This document shows, piece by piece, positions 12,620 to 25,910 of a DNA stretch of 64,000 nucleotides (within the stretch, counting starts at the first letter, position 1; each line of letters begins with the position of its first letter). Both the position numbers and the translations under genes were made by a program. A model generated the notes under the pieces. It saw nothing but the letters and a program-made list of their open reading frames with translations. It did not search any database and had not been told where the DNA came from. The DNA is from Raja brachyura (lineage: Eukaryota). The stretch lies in the NCBI GenBank assembly GCA_963514005.1, contig OY740795.1, positions 806,001 to 870,000 of the forward strand, written 5' to 3'.

Positions 12620-12819
12620 NNNNNNNNNNNNNNNNNNNNNNNNNNNNNNNNNNNNNNNNNNNNNNNNNNNNNNNNNNNNNNNNNNNNNNNNNNNNNNNNN
12701 NNNNNNNNNNNNNNNNNNNNNNNNNNNNNNNNNNNNNNNNNNNNNNNNNNNNNNNNNNNNNNNNNNNNNNNNNNNNNNNNNNNNNNNNNNNNNNNNNNNN
12801 NNNNNNNNNNNNNNNNNNN
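12620..12819. other. Assembly gap (200 N) following a (GA)n microsatellite
   Basis: Run of N. Confidence 1.
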
Positions 12820-14049
12820 ACGGTTCTCTGGAGGGGAAAATATGAACCGCAAGCAGCAAAAAGCGGGCGACCATGATTGAAAACTAAAACCGTTCCTTAA
12901 TAAATGAAAGTAAAACGTAAAAGGACATGACCCAGTGAAAATAAAAACAACTCTTAATACATAAAGGGCAGCGCATTTTGCCCGTGTTGGGTAAATTACA
13001 CTTAACAGATGGCCTTTCAGTTGTTAAACACAGAATGCTGTGGAGGCAAAGCTAGAGAGTAAAAATAAGGCCGCGAAACAATGATTTTTGATTAGTCGAG
13101 GCGTCAGACGTTTTTGTTATTGCGGAGCATGCAGGAGAATAGGGTTCGCAAGGTGAAATAATTCAGCCAACATTGAATGGCGGAGCAGGCTTGATGGTCG
13201 AATGGCCTAATTATAATCCTATCACATGACCTTATTACCTTATGCCTTAAATGTCACCCCATCACTGGTGAAGCTTAATTATATCCAGGAAGGGACACAC
13301 TTCAGTCAAGCTGTGGGGAGAATGACTAGTTCTATTGTTATAACGAGATAAACCAATCACAAAATGTTAGAGAACCGAGTAAGGTAATTTGGCTCATTCA
13401 CCGGATCCATACTCTCTGAATCTGCTCCACTATTATTCCGTGCTCGTTTTGACTGTTCCGACAGCGTGGGATGTTTCCAATTTCCCTTTCATAATCAGAG
13501 TTTAATCTCGCGAATATTCGTCAGTGATTTTCACCACGGTGATGCAACGGTAGAGCTGCTGCCCTACAGCGCTGATAGCACCAGCGACCCGAGTTCGATC
13601 CCGATTCCGGGAGAGGTCTCTCCGGAGTTTGTATGTTCTCCCCCTAATCTGCGTGGGTTTTCTCCGAGATCTGGTGTTTCTTCCCACACTCCAAATACGG
13701 ACAGTTTTGAAGGATAATTGGCGTTCTATTAATGTAAATTATCCACCGTGTGTGTGGGATAGTGTTAATGTGCGGGGATTGCAGGGCGTCGCGAACGGTG
13801 ATCCGAACGGGCCAGTTTCCGCGCTGTGTCCCTCAACTAAACTAAACTAAACTGAACTGAACTAAAGTAAACTAAACTAAATTGAAACTCAACTCGTCGC
13901 AGGGACAATTAAGAGATTCATAAATAACGTTTCCATACATTTTGCAAACACGTGATGAGCTACCGGGGACGGGAACCACTTTCTGCGCATGCCACAGTCA
14001 CCAACAGTCAATGTTAAAACAATAACAATTCCCCTGTTATTTTCTGCAG

Positions 14050-14356
14050 ATTTCATTTCCGCGGGTTCCCAGAGTCCACCTCAACAATCCTCTCTTTCTG
14101 GTGACACTGTCACTCTTAACTGCGTATATTCCGGATTGTGCTCATACACAGTACACTGGTACCGACAGTTCCCAGGGCAGGCTCTGGAATTCCTGCTCCA
14201 AAGACACACTTCTGGAAAGCAAGATAACGAAGAGGCTGCCGAAGGCCGTATTACTGGTTCTCTCGATGCTGGCCAGAAAAATCAGTCAGTTAACGCTATC
14301 TGAAGTACTGCCGAGCGACGAGGCTGTGTATTACTGTGGGATTAGTTCGCGCATCG
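14050..14356 (+). pseudogene. Second supporting-type Vdelta segment with a +1 frameshift in FR3
   Basis: Paralog of 12073-12378 (CVYSGLCSYTVHWYRQ). It has 5 A at 14277-14281 where the intact copy has 4. The downstream frame gives ISQLTLSEVLPSDEAVYYCGIS. Confidence 0.8.
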
Positions 14357-14395
14357 CACAGTGACACAGCGCAGTGAGATAGCTGTACCAAAAGC
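14357..14395 (+). promoter_or_regulatory. 23-bp spacer recombination signal sequence
   Basis: CACAGTG + 23 nt + ACCAAAAGC. Confidence 0.92.
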
Positions 14396-14607
14396 TCAGC
14401 GTGGCGGAACAAAGCACTGCAGAACATCTGCGGCGCGAGGGAAGGAAAGAAAGAGAAAGATTACAAATATCAATTATGTTCAAACTTTCAGAAGCGCATT
14501 AGTCTGGGAAGAGAGAGAGAAAGAGAGAGAGTGATGGGGGACGGAGAGGGAGAATGTGAGGGAAAGGGAGAGGGAGAGGGAGAGGGAGAGAGAGAATGGG
14601 GGTGAGG

Positions 14608-14921
14608 NNNNNNNNNNNNNNNNNNNNNNNNNNNNNNNNNNNNNNNNNNNNNNNNNNNNNNNNNNNNNNNNNNNNNNNNNNNNNNNNNNNNNNNNNNNNN
14701 NNNNNNNNNNNNNNNNNNNNNNNNNNNNNNNNNNNNNNNNNNNNNNNNNNNNNNNNNNNNNNNNNNNNNNNNNNNNNNNNNNNNNNNNNNNNNNNNNNNN
14801 NNNNNNNNNNNNNNNNNNNNNNNNNNNNNNNNNNNNNNNNNNNNNNNNNNNNNNNNNNNNNNNNNNNNNNNNNNNNNNNNNNNNNNNNNNNNNNNNNNNN
14901 NNNNNNNNNNNNNNNNNNNNN
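14608..14921. other. Assembly gap (314 N) following a GA-rich repeat
   Basis: Run of N. Confidence 1.
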
Positions 14922-16224
14922 CATGTTTTATCCAATTACGCAAAATCAGAGCAATTATAAAAGATTCATGCAACTAATGTTCACCTTTATTTAGCTGTAA
15001 AGAAACTTCCAAATATGTATCCCGAGAGATCAGCAAGTTTTAAAAATCCCACATAGTAAGGCTCCACATTAGAGAATCATAAATATTTTTATGGGACATG
15101 CAATATACTTTCAATGGGGACAACAGCGGAGAAGATAATATTTTAGCAACTGAAATCCGGCCATTTGGACTAAGGAGGCTGATGCATTCAAATAAACACA
15201 GGAGTAGGAAGAGGGACAATGGTCTTCGTTGCGGTTATCCCTACTAAATGGAGAGGAATATGGTTCACAATTTTCACCATCAAACATAGAAACATAGACA
15301 CAAAGAAAATATGTGCAGGAGTACGCCATTCGGCCCTTCGAGCCTCCACCACTATTCAATATGATCATGGCTGATCATCCAACTCAGTATCCCGTACCTG
15401 CCTTATCTCCATACCCCCTGATCCCTGTAGCCACAAGGGCCACATCTAACTCCCTCTTAAATATAGCCAATGAACTGGCCTCAACTACATTCCGTGGCAG
15501 AGAATTGCACAGATTCACCACTCTTTGTGTGAGAACACATGATAATTCCGCCAAGATTTACATTTTACGGAATCCGCGATTAAACATGTACGTTGTGGGC
15601 CGAGGGGCTTTATTCCAATGTTACGTGACCCAAGTCACAGAACTACATGATATGTTCACATATTGTTTAAAAATATTACACAAATCACCCCTGAAACTCG
15701 TCAAGAACAGGGCTTGCTCATTTTTTTATTAAATTAGAGAAAAACCGGAAAATCTTCGCGTATTTTTAGTCGAACCAAAGTACGTTTAACATTGAGTTGG
15801 ACGCCAGTTGGCCAATCGCGCGCTTTGTTTCAGGCTAGCCAGGCAGGGAACACACAACATGGCTGCGAGGACTTCCACAGGTGCCCGTTTTACTGGAGAT
15901 TCCGATGAAGGTTCTTTCTAGTTCTTTGGAATACATGTCGTGGAAACTTGCAGCAGGGTGATTGAATTTAGTGAGAAAATCATTAAGAAGTCTGAAGAAT
16001 GTGCAGCTAAGTGGATAGAAATGGAAGAAAGACTTGAAAGCAAAGTCGCTGCTGAGATGCTGCAACACAAAGTTGAAACCAGTCAAACTTTAGGAATCAA
16101 CGAACTGCAAGGTAAGATCTAAAGTCTGAATTTATGAAAATTAATCTGTATGGAGTTTAAATAATTGCACCCTTTATAATGTGAAAAAATGAGAAAATGT
16201 GAAAAAATTAGATTTGGAGGATGT

Positions 16225-16425
16225 ACATTCACTCATTCACTCACTCATTCACTCATTCATTCAGTCACTCATTCACACTCATTCAATTACTCATTCACTC
16301 ACTCACTCATTCATTCAATCATTCACACTCATTCACTCACTCACTCACTCACTCACTCATTCATTCACATATTCATTCGCTCATTCACTAATTATGAGTA
16401 ACTAATTAATTAATTAATTCATTCA
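16225..16425. repeat. (TCAT/TCAC)n microsatellite
   Basis: cattcactcattcactcactcattc... directly visible. Confidence 0.95.
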
Positions 16426-17261
16426 TGAAGTTGAGGGCCCAAACTACGCATAACAAGGTAAAGGACACATTTTCACTAATGGCAGCTTGCTGTAGTCTAA
16501 TAAATCTTTAACATATAACCTCGTAGCTGCCTGCGATAACTTACCGAGTACAAGTGGTCCGATCGTGGGGCCTATGTACTTAACATAGTGAAACCGCGGT
16601 CTCAATTAAGAAGCTGCCAATTCGCGAACGAGAAGCCGCGGAGTGTGTTTGGATCATGTCTGCGGGGGCGGAGGGGGGTGGGGGGTGGGTGAGGGCTTTT
16701 TTGGGGGGGGGGGGCTGTACATAGTGCCGTCCGTAGCGTTCGTTTCCAGGCCCCGACCATGGGAGAAAAACGGAAGAATATTCATTGCACTTGATAGGCT
16801 TCCATTGGAGTGAGAAATGGTCAGAAATGGCTGATGTTTATGTAGAAATAAATTGGTGCATGTGAACTTGAACTTGAACTAATTTATCTATGGTTGTAAC
16901 AGTGTTATTCTCATTAACATTAAGAAGAGGTTGACATTTTATGAATTGAAGTCCATGCAGACTTAATGACTGTGAGATGTGGGTTTTTTGTAGCCTCTGC
17001 CTGACCCTCCACTTGAACTTGAACTAACTTATCAATGGACCTATGAAACTTATCAAAATACTTGGAATCTGATGAAGAATATTCAGATGAAGATCAGATG
17101 TAATGTAAACAAATAAATTGGGGTAATAAAATAATAGGTAAAGTTTTATTTTAGTGTCGTTCGTTTCACTGTTTATTTGGGTAAATTATTTAAACAATGT
17201 GTGAATTACTTATGAGAATGTCGTGCTGGTGATTTACAGTGCGATAGTCCTGTGACAGTGC

Positions 17262-17452
17262 GACATCCACACAAACATCCACACACATATCCACCCGCAG
17301 GCAGACGTACATGTACACATGCATCCACACACATACATCCACACACAAACATCCACACATACATCCACACACATACATCCACACATACAGCCACGTTTAC
17401 ATACACACATCCACAAACACATTTGACAGCTATACACAGACACACACACAAA
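17262..17452. repeat. CA-rich simple repeat (cacacatacatc)n
   Basis: Directly visible. Confidence 0.9.
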
Positions 17453-18194
17453 CTACAGATACTCAACTAATGCAACACTTTTAGGGTTATTTTAGGTTAA
17501 AGGTAATAGCCCTCATTTGCAAAGGCACCATCGGGGGAGGGGGGGGGGGATCTCTAACATAAATATAGGCTCATTATAGCTTAAAATGAATACTCATCGA
17601 GTAAACATCAGAGCATTCGATTCTTGGTCAGGGTGTGACATTTACATCAGAAATAAGACAGGTCTCTTACAGGTCTGTCACCCATCCTGGCCCTGCCCCA
17701 GTCCCACTATGGCAGCTACCCCCACTCTCCCCACTATGGTAGTCAGTGGGGTTCAGTTAAAGTGGGAACCAGAGGATCTGTCCTGACCGTTTAATTAGGT
17801 AGGTTCATGAGCCCTTAAAACCTGGTCCTCTGCTGCAGTCACATTACATTTCATATTAAAGCGACTGGAAGATGCCTTACAGGACTGTCCCCCAGCCTGG
17901 CACTGCCCCAGTCCCACTCTGCCCGTGCTCCACTCTGCACACTGGCAGTCAGTGGGGTCCAGTAAAGGGAGGACCCCACAGGAGCTGCCCTCACCCATTA
18001 TTTAGGCTGGTTCAGGAGCAGGACCTCTGCGACAGTGTCATTAAAAAAATCTCTCAATTATATTCACCATATTATTTTTATATAATACAATTATACTTAA
18101 TTATATATGATTGCAATCATATTTACAAGTCATATATATTATATATATGTATAATAATATATAGTTTACCTGATCCTGAATGTCGAAAAAACAA

Positions 18195-18925
18195 AGGAGG
18201 TTATCGTCGACTTCAGGAAAACCCGGCACAGTTCCACACCACTTCACATCAATGACAGCGATGTGGAGGTGGTCAGTAGCACAAAGTTCCTGGGGGTGCA
18301 GATCACTAACAGTCTGACCTGGTCGAATAACATCTCATCAACAGTTAAGAGAGCGCAGCATCGGTTGCACTTTCTGCGCCGGATGAGAAGAGCTCATCTC
18401 CCCCATCCCATCCTCACTACTTTCTACAGGGGCACCATAGAGAGTATTCTGACCAGCTGTATCTCTGTCTGGTTTGGGGACTGTAGAGCCTCCGACTGGA
18501 AGTCTGTGCAGAGAGTGGTGAGGACAGCGGAAAAAATCATCGGGACCTCTCTCCCCTCAATCGGGGATATTGCGACCGAACGTTGCGTGTCTAAGGCCAG
18601 CAGTATTATAAAAGACCCCACACATCTCCATCACGGTCTGTTCACTCTGCTGCCCTCGGGAAAAAGATATCGCAGCATAAGGAGCAGAACATCAAGGTTC
18701 TGCAACAGCTTCTTCCCACGAGCCATCAGACTCCTGAATGCCATGTAATGGGCTGCCATCGTTGTCTATTTATCTTTTTATCCTTTTCATCCATGCCTAT
18801 CCTTCTGTTAATTTATTGTGTTGCACAGGGAGCCAAATGGAACGTAATTTCGTTTGGAACTGCATATATCAATGTATTTCTAAATGACAATAAAGTGTGT
18901 TTGACGTTTGACTTTTTGACTTGAT
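18195..18925 (+). mobile_element. Rex1/Babar-like LINE 3' end
   Basis: ORF 18263-18748 KFLGVQITNSLTWS...AQHRLHFLRR...TIESILT...NSFFPRAIRLLN, followed by gacaataaag and a (TTTGAC)n tail. Confidence 0.85.
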
Positions 18926-20699
18926 TTTTAAAAGGACTGCAACACGGAAATAGGCTGCCCATGGTGTAATATGTGCATTGGCCACTAGATGACGCTTACT
19001 TTCCCGCTCTCATTTTCCAATTTGTTTAATTAATTAATGTGCAACTTTTGGCAGTGACATCCTTCTCGATTATATTTCATCTAAATCTGTGGAAATGTTC
19101 ATGTAGTTCTGTGACGTTGGTCACAAAACAGATTTCTAGACACATTTTTGATGCTCGGCCCACAGCCCAATGTCACTGTCAGGGGATGCTGCATGATAAT
19201 ATTGGAAGAGTTGACGTATGGACACCTGGAGGAGTGTATTAACACGTAATTTATTAGCCATTGGTGAACGACAGAGTGCTCGAGCAATGATTTATTTTAG
19301 AACAAGATATCTTCATTTTAATTCATAATTGACAGAATATTTTATTTTCTTCACAGATTGTGAGGGAAGACGAAAAATAGGTAGATACAAAGTTGACCCT
19401 CCACCAGCCCCAACGTTGTAGTATCAGGGAAACAGTATGCGGCTTACTGCCTCTTAGGTGCAAATGAACAGCAGGCAGTAACTCTGCAGGAAAATGATAG
19501 ATAACGTTTCTGGTCAGGATCATTCTTCCGTCTGAAAGTAGGGCGAGGCCACTGGATGCAAGAGTAGGCCAGAACAAGGCAGGGAAGGCAACAAATGTCT
19601 AAGAAAGAAATTAGCCCATAATCACCCATTATTGACTGGGGAACAAGTGATAACAAACAACTACAAAAATGCGAGCAGTACAACTAGTATGATGACTTAG
19701 CTGGGGAGAGGGTGAGAGAAAGGGAGACATGCAACATACGATATGCTGTCCCTCCATTTTTCGCGTGGCCTCGCTCTAACAGTTGAGGAGGACAACGACA
19801 GAAAGGTTTACATGGGTATGGGAACAGGTGATAAAATGTTTGCCCACCGGAAGAACGTAAAGGCAAATGCGGAAAATAATTTGTTACCGTTCATAGGACC
19901 ATAGAATCACAGAGTCATAGAGTGATACAGTGTGGTATCTGGGCCTTCGGCCCAACTAGCCTCACCGGCCAACTATATCCCAGCTACACCAGTCCCACTT
20001 GCCTGCACTTGGTCCATATCCCTCCAAATCTCTCCAATCTACGTACCTGTCTCATTGTTTCTTAAACGATGGGATAGTCCCAGCCTCGACTACCTCCTGT
20101 GGCAGCCTGTTCCATACGCCCACTACCCGTTATGTGAAAAAGTTTCCCCACGGATTCCCATTAAATATGTTTCCCTTCTCCATAAACCTATGTGCTCTGG
20201 TAGTCGATTCTCTGGGCAAAGGTTTCTGTGCATCTACCCGATATATTCCTCTCGTGATTTTTTATTTCTCACACTCCTCACCTGTAGCTTTACATTCGAT
20301 AGATGTTTTCCGCATACATAAGGTATTTTAATCACGGCATCTGTATGGAACTTTACACAATCTAGATCATCCGCTGCTAAAACAGCAGATTCTCTTTGAA
20401 CCGATGATGAAAGGAAATCATATATACAACACGTTGCACATATATTCACTCATTTTGCAAACAATATGTTCTCGGCATATGTGTACAAATTCTTGAAAAA
20501 CAGAAGTGGAATGATTGAACTGAGCACTTGGGAATACGCACACGTGGCGCGATTGAGCCCATGAACCCCCGAAGCACTTGCGCGTGCACGACAGGGCGAA
20601 TGGACATAGAATGTCCACACATTAAATGTTGTATTTTCATATAAACCCTACAGAATGAAGCCTAGCAGGTCGATCGTTTTTGTTATATTAATTTAACTA

Positions 20700-22732
20700 T
20701 CAGTTTGCCGATTTAAATATCTTTCCAGTGTAACGGATTGGAATGGTTAGCACGCGGAACAGCTCCTCTCTGAACTTTTTCTGTGTCACGATGTAAATGG
20801 CCGTGTTGGTGCAGGAGCTCAGCAGCTGAAGCATATATCCAACCCTTTCCAATTCTTCCAAAGGGTATCCCGAGGACTTGTACATAAACACTTTCAAACT
20901 TCGAACCGCTATAAAATGTACAACACTTGTGGCCCAGAGCAGGATGAAGCAGCTCGAGATTGCCAGAAGTAAAACGACCGACCGTCTGCGGTTCACCATC
21001 TCCTGGTCTTTCTTTTTCTCCCCACCGCTTTGGTCTCGGAGGTTCCTGCGGACCCGACTGGCGATGAAAATACGCCTGACAGTAAGCGCGTTAAACAACA
21101 AAATCAGGCAGAATGGAATCGCCGGGGTGAACAACTGTTCGATCCAAGAGTACACCATCCATTCGGGACGCATATAAAACTCTAAAGGTTTGAGGCAGCC
21201 GTGCACCCCACCCGTTCCGGGATAGGAAATGTATGCGAAGGGCAAGGGAAGGTTTTTAAGGCAGACGAACGGGCTCACTGTCAGGATAACAATCGACGCG
21301 CTTCTCTCGGTGCAATATTTTACTTTCATGTTCTGAGTGGAAATCGCAACAAAGCGATCAAATGTGAAAGCGACTGTGAACCATACAGAAGAATCCACCG
21401 CCACGGGAGCAAAATAGAATATAATTTTGCACACAGGAGTGTAGGGCAAGGAAGCAGGCCACAAATAAATATCAGCAATCCGACGAAGTATCACGTCAAT
21501 GAGAAGCACAGAGAGGTCCGCGGTCGCCATGGCTACCATGTAACGAGTGGTGCACTTGGAGAGGCCACACTTGCCACGGGACAGGATCATAATCGCCATC
21601 AGATTGACTGGGAAGGAATAAAAACATAAGATGATTAATTGTGTGCGGTATGCGTCGGTAGGTGAGGGTTATTTAAACGTGCGAATATATGGGACGATCA
21701 AACAACGTTTGCTATAAAGATGTTCAATCGTCAGCAAATTATTAAATAACTGGTTACCAAAATGAGTGAGATTTCCGTTTCTATTTATCTTCACATATTT
21801 CTGCCAACCGTTTAATATTGAAGCTTTGTTATCCCGGCATCATCTCTGCAGCTACAGTCTATATTATATGTACTTGAAAAACCTATCTTAAAATTGCCTC
21901 CCGACCGCAGGGGGAGCATGTACGGTTGTTCACAGTGATGTTTTTTGTTGAACAAGTTGTTCATACGATCTTCAAATCTGTCTCTGCGAAATTATCCCTG
22001 TGAAATTTTAAGAGCTTTACAGATAATGCTGTGGCAAATTACTGGACGGTGTGTGTTTTTGTTTTCTACGGAGTGCACTACGCTCGGCGGAACAGGTAGT
22101 CTCACACACTGCGATGACGCCGTGTCGCTTGCCCCACCAACAGAGCAGGTGCGGGGCATCGTTTGCAGCCAAAATCCGTGCAGGTTAAATTTGTATCAGA
22201 GTCTGTGAGCCGCCATCCGTCAACGAAGCCAACGCGTTCCCTCTCTCCGAAGATGCAAATTGGTTTATTTTAGTGTAGTTTAAATGTACAGCATCGAAGC
22301 GAGTCCTCCGGTCCATCGGGTCCGCGCACACCAGCGACCCACCCAGCCCAACAATATTCGACACACATTAGCGACTTAAAACAAATATATACTAAATCAA
22401 TTAACCTACAATCCTGTCTGTCTTGGAGAGTTTGAGGTAACCGAAAATCTCGGAGAAAACCCACGTTGGTCACGAGAAGAACCTACAAATTATGTAAAGA
22501 CAAGCAACCGTAGTGGGGAGCAAGCCCTGCACCATCTATCGCTGCGCCATCGTGCAGCACTTAACCCTGCCGGGTTATTCAGTATGTTCTCTTAATCTTT
22601 ACTCCTATGCACTTTTCAAACAGTCTTTGTTAATTCAATGTGATGTACCGAAAATTACCTACCGGGTACTCCAATTGCTGCAAGAATCGGGTAATACACA
22701 GATTCTGTATACACGATCTCACTATAATACAT
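20700..22732 (-). CDS. GPR139/GPR142-like class A GPCR, intact, 325 aa (copy 2)
   Basis: Exon 1 at 22732-22663 (MYYSEIVYTESVYYPILAAIGVP, donor GTAGGT). Exon 2 at 21607-20700 after ttcccAG. Phase-1 junction gives GVPVNL. Seven hydrophobic segments, MATADL, TVAFTFDRFVAI, LQLLSSCTNTAIY..TQKKFR. Confidence 0.92.
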
Positions 22733-23769
22733 TTTTGATGCGACGGTCTAGGCGATCACTCCTGGTGCTGCCACTCAGCGATTGTCAGCGGAACAAACCA
22801 ATCTCTGGCACATTTATAAAGTAAATAAAGGAGAAAATAGGCAATTAGATTCCATCCCTGTGGACATTACTTACAGACTTTGGAACAAACATGTACTTGT
22901 TTTCAAAGTAATATTCAGATATCACAATCATGCGGGCGACCGCTCCATACATTTCCAACAGCAGGCAGTGAAGCATGAATTTAAATAAAAAATCCAAACT
23001 AACGCTAGCGCAGTGAAGTTGCTCGCGAGTGTTCCGAGCAGCGATTTATTTCCTTGAACCTTACGTCCGATGACGGGAGAAGGAAAGCTGTCAATTCTGG
23101 CTTGTACCTGTGCAACTTGAGTATCCAGACGGCGATAGCAGAGCCAGAGCGCAACGCAGTATCGGCACCTGAGCATATCCACTGGGCACTTTGAGGCAGT
23201 TTTCTCAGAAAAGTAACTAATGGACGAAAGAGCAGCAAAATAGAGAAGAACCGTCGATTTTATCAAGCATCAATAAAACACGAACATGTAAATTAATTAT
23301 CATGGCAGCGTCGTCTGTCGGCTCCGTCCCGGGGTTAGCAGCCAGGAGTCGGAAAGGATGATACGGACACGGGGGGGGGGGAGGGGGGGGGTCATGAGGT
23401 CATAAGGGTTCGGTGTAAAATAAGGCCATTCTGCCCATTATATCTTATCCGCCTTTCAATCATGACTTATCTATACCCTCTCCAACACCACTCTCTCACA
23501 TTCTGCTCTTAACCACTGACACCTGTTCTAATCAATAATCTATCTATCTCTGCGTGGAAAATATCAACAGAGTTATCCCCCACAGCCTTTGTGACAAAGT
23601 GTTCCACAGATTCAACATAGAGGACTATAAAGGCGTGTTGACCAAATGGGTCTATGAAGACATGAGAGAGGAGCTCATGCTAATCTGAAAAGGACCCGTT
23701 CACACCTGCTCTTTGATTCCTGTCTGCCAAACAATGTTCTATCCATGTCAACACGCTAACCCCACTACC

Positions 23770-25660
23770 AATATTGTCCGCTGTTTGCTTCCAATATTGT
23801 CTATTGTCTATTGAGCTAGCCAAGGTAAACTGGAAAGGGATCCTAACAGGAATGTCGATGAAAAAGCAATGGCTGGAATTTCTGGGCACTATCTGGAAGA
23901 TGCAGGATCATTTAATTCCAAAAAGGAAGAAAGATTCTAGGTGAGTAGGAGGCAAGCGTGGGTGGCAAGAGATGTTAGGGATAGAATAAAACTACAATAA
24001 AAGATGTGTAACACAGCAAAGAGTAGCCGGAAGCCAGAGGATTGGGAAACTTTCATAACACAACAGAAGGAAACAAAACGGGCAATACGGCCCGAAAAGA
24101 TGAAGTACGAGGTGAAGCTGGACAGGAATAGAAGCAAAGACAGTGAAAGCTTATTTAGTTATGTCAAGGGAAAAATAGTAGCCAAGTCAATTGCTAGTCG
24201 CTTGAAGGCAGACACGGGTGAAATTATTATGCGTAACAAGAAATGAAAGAAGAGTTCAACAGGTACTTCGGATCTGACTTCACTAATGGAGCGAGAGAGA
24301 AAACGGGGTATTACAGAGCGGTTAGCCTGACGTCGGTGATAGAAAAGATGCTAGAGTCAAGTATTAAAGAGGTAATAATGGGGCATTTTGATAACAGAAA
24401 AAGGATTAGTCCAAGTCAACATGGATTTATGAAAGAGAAATCATGCTTGTGTCTGTTTTGAGGATGTGACAAGTATAATGGATGAAGAAGAGCCAGTGGA
24501 TGTAGTGTATCAAGACCTTCTTGGAAGCCTTTGATAAGGTCCCGCAATTAGAGCATATGGTATTGGGGGTAGGGTATTGACATGGATAGAAAATTGGTTG
24601 GCAGATAGGTAGCAAAGAGTAGGAATGAGCGGGTCATTTTCAGAATAGCGGGCAGTGGCTAGTGGAGTGCCGAAAGGCTCGGTGTTGTGGCCGCAACTGT
24701 TTACCATATATATCCATGCTTTGGAAGAGGGAATTATGAGCAACCGGCAAGTTGGCAGTGTGAACTGGGAGGAGGATGTTAGGAGGTTGCAGCGTGACCT
24801 GGGCAGATGCGTGGCAGATGCAGTACAATATAGATAACATAGAAACATAGAAACATAGATATTAGGTGCATGAGCAGGCCGTTCGGCCCTTCGAGCCAGC
24901 ACTGCCATCCATTTTGATCATGGCTGATCGTCCGCAATCAATAACCCGTGCCTACCTTCTCCCCATATCCCTTGACTCCACTAGCCCCAAGAGCTCTATC
25001 CAACATTTTCTTAAGTCCATCCAGTGATTTGGCATCCACTGCCCTCTGTGGCAGGGAATTCCATAACTTCCATAACCCATAACTTCTGGGTTAAAAAGTG
25101 TTTTCTCACCTCAGTCTTAAATGACCTCCCCTTTATACTAATACTGTGGCTCCTGGTTCTGGACTCACCCAACATTGGGAAAGGTTTTCCTGCATCTAGC
25201 TTGTCCAGTCCTTTTGTAATTTTATATGTTTCTATAAGATCCCCCTAAACTCCTTCTAAACTCCAGTGAGTTCAAGCCTAGTATTTTCAATCTTTCCTCA
25301 TTTGACAGTCCCGCCATCCCAGAGATCAATCTCGTGAACCTACGCTGCACTGCCTCAATCACAAGGATGTCCTTCCTTGCCATTTAAGACTGAGGTGAGA
25401 AAAAACCTTTTCACTCTCAGAGTTGTGAATTTGAGGATTTCTTGCCACAGAGGGCAGTGGGGGCGAAAGCACTGGATGGATTTAAGAGAGAGTTAAATAG
25501 AGCTCTCGGGGGTAGTGGAATCATGGGATGTGGGGAGAAGGCAGGCACGGGTTATTGATTAGGGACGATCAGCCATGATCACAATGAATGGCGGTGCTGG
25601 CTCGAAGGACCGAATGGCCTCCTCCTGCACCTATTTTCTCTGTTCTATATTTCTATGTTT
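23770..25660 (+). mobile_element. Degenerate CR1 LINE shared with the GPCR3 block, with a nested reversed CR1 3' fragment (~24835-25380)
   Basis: Homologous to 50490-52680. RT motifs YRAVSLTSV and GVPKGSVLWP. Confidence 0.8.
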
Positions 25661-25910
25661 CTATTCGCCACGCTCTGACTAAAGTCATTTCTCATCGGCT
25701 CCATCCGAAAATAACGTCCGTTAATTCTGTAGCAAATACCTCTACTCCGAGACTTTCCCACTCGGAGCAACATCCTCACCACATCCACCTATCCAAGCCT
25801 TTCACTATTGTGTATGTTTCAATGAAGTCCCATCCTCATTGTTCTATACTCCAGTGAGCACAGGCGCAGTGCCGACAAACGCACATCGTAGGTTAAACTA
25901 CTAATTCATG

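Noticed and set aside
12383-14994. ORFs spanning the N runs
   Set aside because: Artefacts of translating assembly gaps.
20275-20400. Block downstream of all three GPCRs, with a minus-strand frame (DDLDCVKFHTDAVIKIP..CGKHLS) ending at a donor-like site and a plus-strand FTFDR look-alike
   Set aside because: The similarity is explained by the duplication. Differences are mostly non-synonymous, copy 1 is interrupted by a LINE, and the plus frame has stops. It is probably 3' UTR or flank.
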